A stretch of 64,000 bases of DNA from Verrucomicrobiota bacterium (GTDB lineage: Bacteria > Verrucomicrobiota > Verrucomicrobiia > Opitutales > Coraliomargaritaceae): NCBI GenBank assembly GCA_009937095.1, contig JAACDB010000025.1:7961-71960 (forward strand), given 5' to 3'. Below are positions 25,142 to 33,775 of this stretch, piece by piece; position 1 is the first letter of the stretch, and every line of letters starts with the position of its first letter. Made by a program: the position numbers and the translations under genes. The notes below the pieces were generated by a model. That model made no database searches. It had not been told where the DNA came from and saw only the letters and a program-made list of their open reading frames with translations.

Positions 25142-25693
25142 ATGGCAAGCACAAATGATAATTTGTTCACTAGTTTTCCAAAAGGGCGGCAACGCCTGAC
25201 GTTCCGTCATACCATCAGCGGGAAAGTAGCTTGGCTCCATATGGAATGGCTGGATGGACGCTTGCAAACGGCAGAACTAAAGGCTGTTTCGAGCAATCGA
25301 GGGCAGGCACGTGGGGCGCTTTACGAATTTTTTTGGAATGGTTAAGGGTTTTTGAAGCAGCAGAGACACGGGTTCGTTGGGAACTGCTCGCCCCGAAAGG
25401 AACGGTCTTTCAACAGACTGTCTGGAAAGCCTTGCTCGAGGTGGAGTGGGGGGGCGCGTACAAGTTACGGATCACTTGCAGCTACCATTGGGCAACCCAG
25501 TGCGGCGCGAGTGGTGGCATCCGCAGTGGCCGCCAATCCGATCGCGCTATGGATTCCCTGTCACCGCGTCATTCGGGGTGATGGTCAGCTGGGGGGTTTC
25601 CGCTGGGGTAGGGCGCTGAAGGCGGCCTTACTGGAAATGGAAGCCTGTGAGGCTGGCTGGCTGGCGTCCTTTCGAAAAGATTCGATCACTTAG
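25142..25693 (+). pseudogene. ogt: methylated-DNA-protein-cysteine methyltransferase (Ogt) interrupted by two compensating frameshifts
   Basis: The N-terminal domain (25142-25345) and the catalytic part with IPCHRV (25556-25570) share one frame. The segment between them, GTVFQQTVWKALLEVEWGG, is readable only in another frame. The shifts map to a T7 run (25328-25334) and a G7 run (25448-25454). Confidence 0.8.
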
Positions 25694-25731
25694 GCTTGCA
25701 GGAAAAGCCCGGCGGTCACTTGTTAGACAAA

Positions 25732-26400
25732 ATGGAAAGTCGCTATCAACACATCATCTGGGACTGGAACGGAACCCTCCTTGACGATACCTGGCTTTGT
25801 GTGGAGGTTCTGAACGTTTTGCTTGCCGAGCGGGGAAGGCCCGCCATTGCGCCGGATGAATACCGGCAAAATTTTGGTTTTCCGGTTGTTCATTTCTACG
25901 ATTATTTAGGGTTCGATGTAGACAAGGATAGTTTCGAGAGCGTTAGCCGTGCTTTCATTGATGCTTATGAAGCGCGTTGGCTTGCGGAATGTAAGCTGCA
26001 CCCCGAAGCCGAGGCCGTCTTGAGGGCACTGGCAGCGGCGGGCTTAAGTCATTCCGTCCTCTCTGCGGCAGAACAAGACACGCTGGAGCGTGGCATCGCA
26101 CACTTCGGAATCCGCTCGCATTTTGAAGCCTTAATCGGCACCGATAATATCCATGCCCTTGGCAAGGTTGAACAGGGTCGCTCCTGGATGAACCAACTTG
26201 ATTGGACGCCGGAAGCGGTCGTGCTGGTCGGCGACACCCTGCATGACCTGGAGGTTGCCGAGGCGATTGGCTGCGATTGTATACTGATGACCCATGGTCA
26301 CCATTGCCCCATCCGTCTAAAAGAGAGTGGCGCCCCTTTGGCACATTCGCTGGGCGAACTGGTGGATCGAATTCAAGCGCCGGTTTCCCAAAAACACTAG
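25732..26400 (+). CDS. HAD-superfamily hydrolase (phosphoglycolate phosphatase-like)
   Basis: Motif I is IIWDWNGTLLDD, with Asn at the D+2 position. Motif IV is VLVGDTLHDLEVA. Start taken at ATG 25732. Confidence 0.75.
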   Translation: MESRYQHIIWDWNGTLLDDTWLCVEVLNVLLAERGRPAIAPDEYRQNFGFPVVHFYDYLGFDVDKDSFESVSRAFIDAYEARWLAECKLHPEAEAVLRALAAAGLSHSVLSAAEQDTLERGIAHFGIRSHFEALIGTDNIHALGKVEQGRSWMNQLDWTPEAVVLVGDTLHDLEVAEAIGCDCILMTHGHHCPIRLKESGAPLAHSLGELVDRIQAPVSQKH

Positions 26401-26810
26401 CTTGCGTCCGGCCATTGGCCTTCGGGGATAAGGCGGGCGTCGCACTGATAGAGATAATGCGGGTTGACTTCGTAAGCCCAGGCCGGGCCCAGCGGCTCTT
26501 CGCTTGGAGAAAAACAGGACACCTGGCGGCGTTGGTATTCATTGCGCTCAATGGGTCTCTCCGCTTGATATCCCTCGAGCACGTCCACTGCCGCAAGATC
26601 GGCCGCTTGCCTGAATTCAAGCACCATACCCTCGATCCATCCGGCCTCATTAAAAACCGCACCGGGGTAGCCACATCCAAGATCGTAGAGTTCGCCACGA
26701 ATCCGCGCGGGGGTCTGCCCGCATACCCTACCCTCGCAAAAACGATGCCAGTAATGCCCCCCGGGCTTAAGGGTGCCGTATACAAAAACCGATAAGTCGG
26801 AGAAAGCCAT
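26397..26810 (-). CDS. gamma-glutamylcyclotransferase / AIG2-like family protein
   Basis: N-terminal VFVYGTLKPGGHYW motif and a size of 137 aa. Confidence 0.75.
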   Translation of the reverse strand: MAFSDLSVFVYGTLKPGGHYWHRFCEGRVCGQTPARIRGELYDLGCGYPGAVFNEAGWIEGMVLEFRQAADLAAVDVLEGYQAERPIERNEYQRRQVSCFSPSEEPLGPAWAYEVNPHYLYQCDARLIPEGQWPDAS

Positions 26811-26872
26811 TCCGAGAAAAGCTTCTCCCGCGGGAAACTTGTCAAAACAAAACGCCCTTTCTCTGGATTTGT

Positions 26873-27400
26873 CTAAGGCTTCAAAGTCGCCTCACCTTGT
26901 TCCCAATTACAGGGGCAGAGCTCATCTGATTGCAGGGCATCCAAAACGCGGAGAATTTCGTCTACATTGCGACCCACATTTAAATTATGACAGCCTGCAT
27001 ACTGAATGATGCCACGGGGATCGACAATGAAGGTTGCACGCAAACAGACCTTTTCATCCGCGTCGAGGATTCCCAGTTCGCCAGCCAGACGGCCTGCCGC
27101 AATGAGAGGAAAGTCTATCTCTCGCAAATCCTCGTGTGCTTTACGCCAGGCGAGATGGCAAAATTCGTTATCGGTACTCCCGCCAATGACAACGATATCG
27201 CGTGAGGTAAACGCATCCATCTTGGAATTAAAGGCCACGATTTCAGTTGGGCAGATGAAGGTAAAATCCTGGGGGTAGAAGAAATACACCTGCCAACGGG
27301 CCGCAAAATCTCCATTGGAAAGGGTGATTATCTCATTGCCTTCCAAGCTGTTACAGGCTTCGGATTGAAAGGCGGGAAAGGATGCTCCTATGGTCAACAT
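26873..27400 (-). CDS. 2-Cys peroxiredoxin (AhpC/Prx1 family)
   Basis: Peroxidatic Cys motif DFTFICPTEI and resolving Cys region ELCPCNW. No ahpF gene is adjacent. Confidence 0.88.
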   Translation of the reverse strand: MLTIGASFPAFQSEACNSLEGNEIITLSNGDFAARWQVYFFYPQDFTFICPTEIVAFNSKMDAFTSRDIVVIGGSTDNEFCHLAWRKAHEDLREIDFPLIAAGRLAGELGILDADEKVCLRATFIVDPRGIIQYAGCHNLNVGRNVDEILRVLDALQSDELCPCNWEQGEATLKP

Positions 27401-27552
27401 GTGCGTGTTTGATATGGTATGAATTGCTAATAAATTTTAACATTTTATAGATAACCACTAGTCTGTTGCTTGGCGAGTCATAAATATGCTGCCGGTCGCT
27501 CATGAGTTCTGCGTTTACAAGCGCCCCGCCAAAAAACAATCTAGCGAGCTCT

Positions 27553-28914
27553 ATGAATCGGGTGTATATCAAAACCTATGGCTGCCAAATGAACGAGCGC
27601 GACTCTGACGCGGTCGCATCGATGCTGCGTAGCAAGGGCTATACTATGGTTGCGGATGAATCCGAGGCCGATGTCATTCTTCTCAACACCTGCAGCGTGC
27701 GCGAGCAAGCCGAACAAAAAGCGATTGGTAAAGCCGGACATTTAATGGCGCGAAAGCGGCGAAAACCCAATCTATTGGTTGGGGTCATGGGTTGCATGGC
27801 GCAAAACCGAGGGCGTGATCTCCTCGACCGTCTGCCCGACCTCGACCTGATTGTCGGCACACAAAAATTCCACCGCGTGCCGGATCACCTTTCCAATATG
27901 ATCGCAAGCTTGCAGGGGGAGGGGCCGCGCCCCGAATCAATTGTGGATCTTGAAGAAGAGGCGGGGTCCCAAAATACGATACGTTCGCATGTGGAGGGCG
28001 AGCAAGTCGCAGCCTTTGTGAGTATCATGCAGGGCTGCAATATGAAATGCTCCTATTGCATTGTTCCAAAAACCCGGGGCGCTGAGCGGGCGCGTCCAAT
28101 GGAGGCGATTGTTGAGGAAGTCACCGAACTCGCCGCAAAGGGCACACGTGAAATCACTCTGCTCGGTCAAATTGTAAATCAGTACGGAATCCGTGAATTT
28201 CCCTTTATCGATAAAAAAAGCCCCTTTGTTCAGCTTCTTGAAAAAGTGCACGCTGTTGAAGGAATTGAGCGCATTCGTTTTACCAGCCCGCACCCGGTTG
28301 GGTTTAAGGACGACCTCATTGAATGCTATGGACGCCTTCCGAAGCTCTGCGAATACCTGCACTTCCCCATGCAAAGCGGAAGCAATACCATTCTCAAGGC
28401 CATGCGCCGTCCCTACACGATTGAGAAATTCTGCGAGATCATTGCAAAACTGCGTGCCCTCCGGCCGGATATATACATATCTACCGACGTGATTGTTGGT
28501 TTCCCCGGCGAAACCGATGCCGATTTTGAATTAACCCGTCAGATTTTTGAAAGCCTGCGTTTTGATATGGCTTATCTTTTCAAATACAGCGTGCGCCCGG
28601 GAACCACCGCGGAACCGCTTGGCGATCCGGTGCCTACCTCGGTCAGAGGATCGCGCAATCAAATCCTACTGGATATCCTTGCGCGGCAGTCCTTAGAGCG
28701 CAATGAATCGCTTGTGGGAACGGTAGAGGAAGTACTCCTTGAAGGCCCGGCCAAAAAGGGCGAATCCATGTTTGTGGGGCGCACCCGCGGTCATCGCAAG
28801 GTTATCGTTAAAGCAAATCCGCGCTTGGTGGGTCAACTCCTGCCTGTCCATATTGAGCGCGTTACCAACAGCACCCTCTTCGGAAACCTGGAGCTCGCGG
28901 GCCTTTCTGCTTAA
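27553..28914 (+). CDS. miaB: tRNA-2-methylthio-N6-dimethylallyladenosine synthase
   Basis: N-terminal YIKTYGCQMN, radical-SAM CNMKCSYC, and a C-terminal TRAM-like domain. Start at ATG 27553. Confidence 0.93.
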   Translation: MNRVYIKTYGCQMNERDSDAVASMLRSKGYTMVADESEADVILLNTCSVREQAEQKAIGKAGHLMARKRRKPNLLVGVMGCMAQNRGRDLLDRLPDLDLIVGTQKFHRVPDHLSNMIASLQGEGPRPESIVDLEEEAGSQNTIRSHVEGEQVAAFVSIMQGCNMKCSYCIVPKTRGAERARPMEAIVEEVTELAAKGTREITLLGQIVNQYGIREFPFIDKKSPFVQLLEKVHAVEGIERIRFTSPHPVGFKDDLIECYGRLPKLCEYLHFPMQSGSNTILKAMRRPYTIEKFCEIIAKLRALRPDIYISTDVIVGFPGETDADFELTRQIFESLRFDMAYLFKYSVRPGTTAEPLGDPVPTSVRGSRNQILLDILARQSLERNESLVGTVEEVLLEGPAKKGESMFVGRTRGHRKVIVKANPRLVGQLLPVHIERVTNSTLFGNLELAGLSA

Positions 28915-30722
28915 TCCTCTCCTTCAATCTCTGCCAGAACTGCCTCCATCGAACGCAGGGATTCAGGTGGGAAGAAACTATTAATCCGGCTAATCACCTG
29001 CTGAATGATGCCGTCGGGGCAGGAGGCCCCTCCTGTCAACAGCAAATGTAGCGGAAGATCGCCCTGTTTAGGCAACGATAGAAATGCTCGTTCTACTGCA
29101 TTTGTACTGTCAGCTACCGCCGGGCCGGCGTGAAAGATGTGGTGCCGTACTAGCTTACTTGAAATAAGATTGTCTTCGGATTGAATGTAATGCGCCCGTT
29201 CACCGATGGCGTCCTTGCAAACGCGGTATAGCTGGTAGGTGTTGGAGCTGTTTTTTCCACCTATCACCAAAGCGGCATCGATGGGATGCTCAAGGGCTTT
29301 TTGCAGTGCGTCTTGGTTTACCTGAGTGGCATAACATAAGGTGTCGCCTTTGCCCTGTGACCAAATGTGTTTTTCCACCGCCGGAGCTCCGTATTTCTCC
29401 GCCATGATTCCTTTTAAATACTCAATTATTGCGAGGGTTTCGTTCCGCAGGAGTGTTGTTTGGTTTACGACAGCAATCTTTTCCAAGTCTTGGTTCGGAT
29501 CAAAATCCTCAGAATACAGCCCCGCGAATTCCTGTTCAAAGCGGCGGGTTTTTTCGGGGCCCTTCGCAAGAATCACCTCCCCGAGAAGCCTGGCATGCTC
29601 TAGGTTACGAACGATTAAGGAAGGCCCCTGCGCCGAACTGTTTGAAAAAGTAGCCTTTGTTTCCTCGTGTTCCGATTTACCGTGAATCACTACGGTGTAG
29701 CCTTCTGCAGCATAGCGCCGAGCGGATTTCCAAACCTTCTCTACTAGCATACAGGTGGCATCGTACTCGCGAATAGCAAGCCCCTTGCTGATGAGGCGAG
29801 TCTTGTCTTCGTTGGTTGCCCCAAAGGCAGGGATGATCACGGTATCTTCCGATTTTAATTGATTCCAAAGCGCGGCTGGATCATGTGGTCCATTAGCAGG
29901 TTTGCCCTCAGCATTGAGGGGCAGGCCTTTGTCGGTTTGAAGATAGCGCAATCCCCGCGCCAGCAAGTCTTTGTTCACAAAGGGATTGTGGATTAACTCG
30001 CTCAGCATGAAGACGCGGGTGTCGGGGTAGGCAGCGACCGCCTCATAAGCGCGTTCGATGGCGTTTTGTACCCCCAGACAAAACCCGAAGTGGCTTGGAA
30101 TAACGTAACGCACTGACCCAAAGTCGAGGAGCGCCGGAGCGCCTGAAGTTTTTTCCTTGGTGCGACGCACCGCTTTAATGGCGGCACACAGACGACTTTG
30201 GTAAAGCGCGTTCGATCTGGTATCGATATAGATCTTACGGTTGCGTTCCTTGGCAGTTCGAAAGCGGTAAATGTAGTCGTTGGTTCCAAGATCGAGATAG
30301 GGTAGGCGAAAGAGCACACCATGAAGGCTCTCTAGTGAAACCGCCAGGGCCTCACTCAGCACTTCACGACCCGCTTCTACCGCTTCATTAAGTGCTTCCA
30401 GGCTTATTACTGCCCCCACCTCTCCTGGCTCGCGACCCACCCTACAATAGATCTCGAGCGGTGCCGAACCAAGGGTGGTTTGCGTTAGGAAGTGCGCCTC
30501 GGAGGGGAGGGGGTCGGTCGCTTTTCCGGTGCTTGCCACAAGCAAGGCTCCAACCGTGTCGCGCCGCAGCTCCAACCGGTAGTTTGAGTCAAAACATAGT
30601 AACAGCCATGGCGCTTGAGCCTTTGCGGTCGCTTGAGGAGATTCGGGCATATCAGCTAAGATGTTGATGCCCTCTCGCGGGTCAACTATTGCTATACGCC
30701 TTTCCGCATTCTGCGATTGCAC
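28911..30722 (-). CDS. ispH: 4-hydroxy-3-methylbut-2-enyl diphosphate reductase with a long N-terminal extension
   Basis: The C-terminal ~400 aa look like plant/cyanobacterial-type IspH (FGFCLGVQNAIERA, DATCMLVEKVW, HGKSEHEET, NSSNT). About 130-200 extra N-terminal residues carry no motif I recognise. GTG start at 30722; the first ATG is at 30650. Confidence 0.85.
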   Translation of the reverse strand: MQSQNAERRIAIVDPREGINILADMPESPQATAKAQAPWLLLCFDSNYRLELRRDTVGALLVASTGKATDPLPSEAHFLTQTTLGSAPLEIYCRVGREPGEVGAVISLEALNEAVEAGREVLSEALAVSLESLHGVLFRLPYLDLGTNDYIYRFRTAKERNRKIYIDTRSNALYQSRLCAAIKAVRRTKEKTSGAPALLDFGSVRYVIPSHFGFCLGVQNAIERAYEAVAAYPDTRVFMLSELIHNPFVNKDLLARGLRYLQTDKGLPLNAEGKPANGPHDPAALWNQLKSEDTVIIPAFGATNEDKTRLISKGLAIREYDATCMLVEKVWKSARRYAAEGYTVVIHGKSEHEETKATFSNSSAQGPSLIVRNLEHARLLGEVILAKGPEKTRRFEQEFAGLYSEDFDPNQDLEKIAVVNQTTLLRNETLAIIEYLKGIMAEKYGAPAVEKHIWSQGKGDTLCYATQVNQDALQKALEHPIDAALVIGGKNSSNTYQLYRVCKDAIGERAHYIQSEDNLISSKLVRHHIFHAGPAVADSTNAVERAFLSLPKQGDLPLHLLLTGGASCPDGIIQQVISRINSFFPPESLRSMEAVLAEIEGED

Positions 30723-30779
30723 CCTCTGCCCTCAGGCATCATCAATAAGCCACAGTTTTTATCCAGATTTCCCCAACCT

Positions 30780-31148
30780 ATGTTTCAATTAAATTTCAGC
30801 GAGCAAAGCATGCAGGAGCTCAACAAGCTCGATACCCTCTCTCAGATGGAGGTCATTGAGGTGGTCAGTTCCCTGACGAGAAAGCAGCTCGATCATCCGG
30901 ATGACTCCATTGGGCGCTTCCATCGGGCGGGCAAAACCTTCTACCGGGTGCGTGCTGGTGATTTTCGGATCTATTTTGAAGAACAGGGGGATGCTCTCTT
31001 GGCTCACTATATTTTACACCGTAATACTTTTGCAGACTTTGCTTTTCGCAGCAAACTTCCTGTCACCGAGGAATTTCTCGTCGAGCGGGAAGACTCCTTT
31101 TGGCAATACCTTGAAAGCCTCCGACACCGTGAGGAAAAAACCGATTGA
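30780..31148 (+). CDS. RelE/ParE-superfamily toxin-like protein with a C-terminal acidic extension
   Basis: The core GKTFYRVRAGDFRIYFEEQGDALLAHYILHRN matches the RelE/ParE signature (YRxRxGDYRxxY ... hR). No antitoxin ORF is adjacent. Its stop overlaps the pssA start (ATGA). Confidence 0.6.
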   Translation: MFQLNFSEQSMQELNKLDTLSQMEVIEVVSSLTRKQLDHPDDSIGRFHRAGKTFYRVRAGDFRIYFEEQGDALLAHYILHRNTFADFAFRSKLPVTEEFLVEREDSFWQYLESLRHREEKTD

Positions 31149-31969
31149 TGTCCGAAGATTTAAATACCCCGCGACCGCGACCCGAAGATGCTACCGAGGC
31201 GAGCCGCATATACCTGCTTCCCAATAGCCTAACAGCCGGTAATCTCTTTTTTGGCTTCCTCGCAATCCTGCGGTGTATTCAGGCCAATAATTCTGTCGAT
31301 TCCGCACAAATCGCACAATACTTCACGCAGGCGGTTTGGTTTATTCTACTCGCTATTATTTGCGACGCCCTTGATGGACGCGTCGCCCGCATCGGCAATC
31401 GCGAATCCCTCTTTGGGAAAGAGTTCGATTCTATCGCAGATGTCGTTTCTTTCGGCGTCGCTCCCGCTCTGATGACCCTTTTCCTCATCCTGGCACCCAC
31501 TGAAAAATATCCCTTTTTCCTACAAACGGGCTGGCTCATTGCCTTTATTTATCTCCTCTGCGCGGGCATACGTTTGGCGCGCTTTAATGTCCTAACGCAC
31601 CCGCTTTTGGATCCCCCAAAGGCAATGGTTGAAAGCGACGACTTCATCGGCCTTCCGGTTCCTGCAGCTGCCGGTATGATTGCTTCCCTTGTGCTGGTGC
31701 TCAATACCTTTGATCTTCGCGCCTGGGCGCTCCTCTTGCCACCTCTCCTCCTTGCGATCTCGGTCTTGATGGTGAGCAACATTGCCTATCCCAGTTTTAA
31801 AACCGTTACCTGGCAAACTCGTACCCCTTTTCATACTTTTATTGTGATTGTCATCGCAATCGGGGTCGCCTTTACCTTCCGCGAATTCTTCTTTGCGCTG
31901 CTTTTTCTATGCTACATTGCATACGGTCCCGCTCGTGCTTTGTATCGCAAACCCCTAAAGAAGAACTGA
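31145..31969 (+). CDS. pssA: CDP-diacylglycerol-serine O-phosphatidyltransferase
   Basis: CDP-alcohol phosphatidyltransferase motif DALDGRVARIGNRESLFGKEFDSIADVVSFG. Polytopic protein. Confidence 0.9.
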   Translation: MMSEDLNTPRPRPEDATEASRIYLLPNSLTAGNLFFGFLAILRCIQANNSVDSAQIAQYFTQAVWFILLAIICDALDGRVARIGNRESLFGKEFDSIADVVSFGVAPALMTLFLILAPTEKYPFFLQTGWLIAFIYLLCAGIRLARFNVLTHPLLDPPKAMVESDDFIGLPVPAAAGMIASLVLVLNTFDLRAWALLLPPLLLAISVLMVSNIAYPSFKTVTWQTRTPFHTFIVIVIAIGVAFTFREFFFALLFLCYIAYGPARALYRKPLKKN

Positions 31970-32241
31970 TTGTTCTACCTTTTAACACCCCTGCCAAAAA
32001 GCGCTGGATAAACTGTCAATTGAGGGTGAATAAAATAAACTTCTTCACATCTTCCACCTTCCTACCCGGCTCCTTCCAGTCTTATTAACCAAAAAATTGT
32101 TACCTATCCTGCTTGCGACAAACCGCTTACTTCGTTTTTGTAACTGTACACAACACTTACTAATAAGAAGGTATATATAAATTTAAAAGAGACTAATATA
32201 TAATAGTTGCCAGCAAGTTAAATTCACCCGAAAAAAGTATC

Positions 32242-33366
32242 ATGAAATTTAAGATCAACCAAGACCACTTCAGCAACGGTCTCCAGCAAGTGCTCAACGT
32301 TGTGGCAACCCGCTCAACCATGCCCATTCTGAGCAACGTCCTCATCGAAGCCAGTGAGGGTCATATTTCCCTCACCACAACTAATCTTGATCTTGGAATT
32401 CGTTGCCGCATTAAAGCGGAGGTCGAGGAACCGGGTGGTATTACGCTTCCCGTTCGCAAACTTGCTACGATTGTTCGCGAACTGCCACAAAGCGATATCT
32501 TCATTGAAACCGGCGACAACAATCAGGCAAAGATAACCTCCGGGGGATCCCTTTTCCGTATCATGGGTATCAGCACCGAGGAATTCCCACCTTTGCCCAC
32601 CTTTGAAAACCGACACGTCTTCGAGCTCGAGCAGGAAGCCATTGTGGGAATGCTCAAAAGCGTTTCTTACGGTCAATCAACTGACGAAAATCGTTACATC
32701 CTCAACGGGGTCTACTTTAGTTTTATCGACGAAAAACTGACTCTCGTCGCGACCGATGGACGCCGCCTGGCGCTCACCGCACTGGAAACCGAAATAAGCG
32801 AAGACAACAGCGGAAGCCTCATCCTTCCCGCGAAAACCGTTGCTGAACTGGAGCGCCTCCTCGGTAAAGGCGAAAAATTAAAGATTGCCTTCAACGATCG
32901 ACAGGTCGCGTTCGAAATCTCTATTGATGCCGACGATTCAGGACTGGTTGATGAGATTTATCTCGTATCTAAAATCGTCGAAGGAAAATACCCGAACTAC
33001 CGCCAAGTCATTCCTAAAGAGACCGAGCATCGCGTTAAAGTTGAGCGTGAGCTTATGCTTGAATGCGTCCACCGTGCCGCGCTGGTCACTTCCGAGAAAA
33101 GCAATTCCGTTCGCTTGAAGGTCAGCAAAAACCTACTTGAGATTTCAGGCTCTTCCAGCGAATACGGAGATTCACATGAATCCATGGCGATTGCCTACGA
33201 TGGGCCAGAAGTGCAAGTCGCCTTCAACCCGCAATTTTTGATGGAGCCACTTAAAGCACTCACAAAGGACGAAGTCTTCTTTGAATTTAAAGACGAACTC
33301 AGCCCCGGTCTCTTCAAGACCCTGGACAACTTCATTTGCGTGATTATGCCGCTTCGCCTGAACTAG
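32242..33366 (+). CDS. dnaN: DNA polymerase III beta sliding clamp
   Basis: 374 aa. The N-terminus reads [37 protein letters not shown], the layout has three domains, and the C-terminus is MPLRLN. Confidence 0.95.
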   Translation: MKFKINQDHFSNGLQQVLNVVATRSTMPILSNVLIEASEGHISLTTTNLDLGIRCRIKAEVEEPGGITLPVRKLATIVRELPQSDIFIETGDNNQAKITSGGSLFRIMGISTEEFPPLPTFENRHVFELEQEAIVGMLKSVSYGQSTDENRYILNGVYFSFIDEKLTLVATDGRRLALTALETEISEDNSGSLILPAKTVAELERLLGKGEKLKIAFNDRQVAFEISIDADDSGLVDEIYLVSKIVEGKYPNYRQVIPKETEHRVKVERELMLECVHRAALVTSEKSNSVRLKVSKNLLEISGSSSEYGDSHESMAIAYDGPEVQVAFNPQFLMEPLKALTKDEVFFEFKDELSPGLFKTLDNFICVIMPLRLN

Positions 33367-33775
33367 GATCACCCTTTTTTTTAAAGCGGTACTCCAGCAG
33401 TTCACGGTACCAAGAGCATTTGTAGTAGAGCGTTGTTGCGACAATTGCTCCCAGTGAATCCGCTACCCAGTCGGCAAACTCCATTGCGCGACCTGGGGTC
33501 ATGGATTGTCGCCACTCGTCCAGCCCTCCGTACAGCATTACAAAGATTATGGAGAAGATCCAGCCGCGAACACCTTGCCTGAAAAAAAGGGGCATTCGCA
33601 AAACACTCGTGGCCACCAGACCATAAATCAGAAAATGAGCAATCTTGTCCGGAGAAATCGTAAAACTCAAATCCGGCGTCGCCAGTTCGGAGGTCGAGGA
33701 CAATAGATGCACCGTCGCCAAAAGTATTAGCGGCCAAAGGAAAGACCGATCCAATCTGTCATGCAGCGAAGTCAT
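33344..33775 (-). CDS. VanZ-like family membrane protein
   Basis: Motifs [14 protein letters not shown] and [27 protein letters not shown]. Its start overlaps the upstream kinase stop by 1 nt (TAATG). Confidence 0.75.
   Translation of the reverse strand: MTSLHDRLDRSFLWPLILLATVHLLSSTSELATPDLSFTISPDKIAHFLIYGLVATSVLRMPLFFRQGVRGWIFSIIFVMLYGGLDEWRQSMTPGRAMEFADWVADSLGAIVATTLYYKCSWYRELLEYRFKKKGDPSSGEAA

Noticed and set aside
25328-25454. Programmed ribosomal frameshifting to explain the ogt frame changes
   Set aside because: It would need one -1 and one +1 event 110 nt apart, with no canonical X-XXY-YYZ heptamer, stimulatory structure or precedent for Ogt. Homopolymer indels, real or artefactual, are the simpler explanation.
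25955-26845. 296-aa minus-strand ORF spanning the HAD hydrolase and GGCT-like genes
   Set aside because: It is Arg/Pro/Ser-rich and low-complexity, typical of a shadow frame in GC-rich DNA. It overlaps two ORFs that carry clear family motifs and has none of its own.
31970-32241. Calling the dnaN upstream spacer the replication origin
   Set aside because: It has no cluster of good DnaA boxes (the best are 7/9). Isolated 8/9 boxes elsewhere (19595-19603, 29987-29995, 30759-30767) are scattered inside or next to unrelated genes. I kept this only as a low-interest note.
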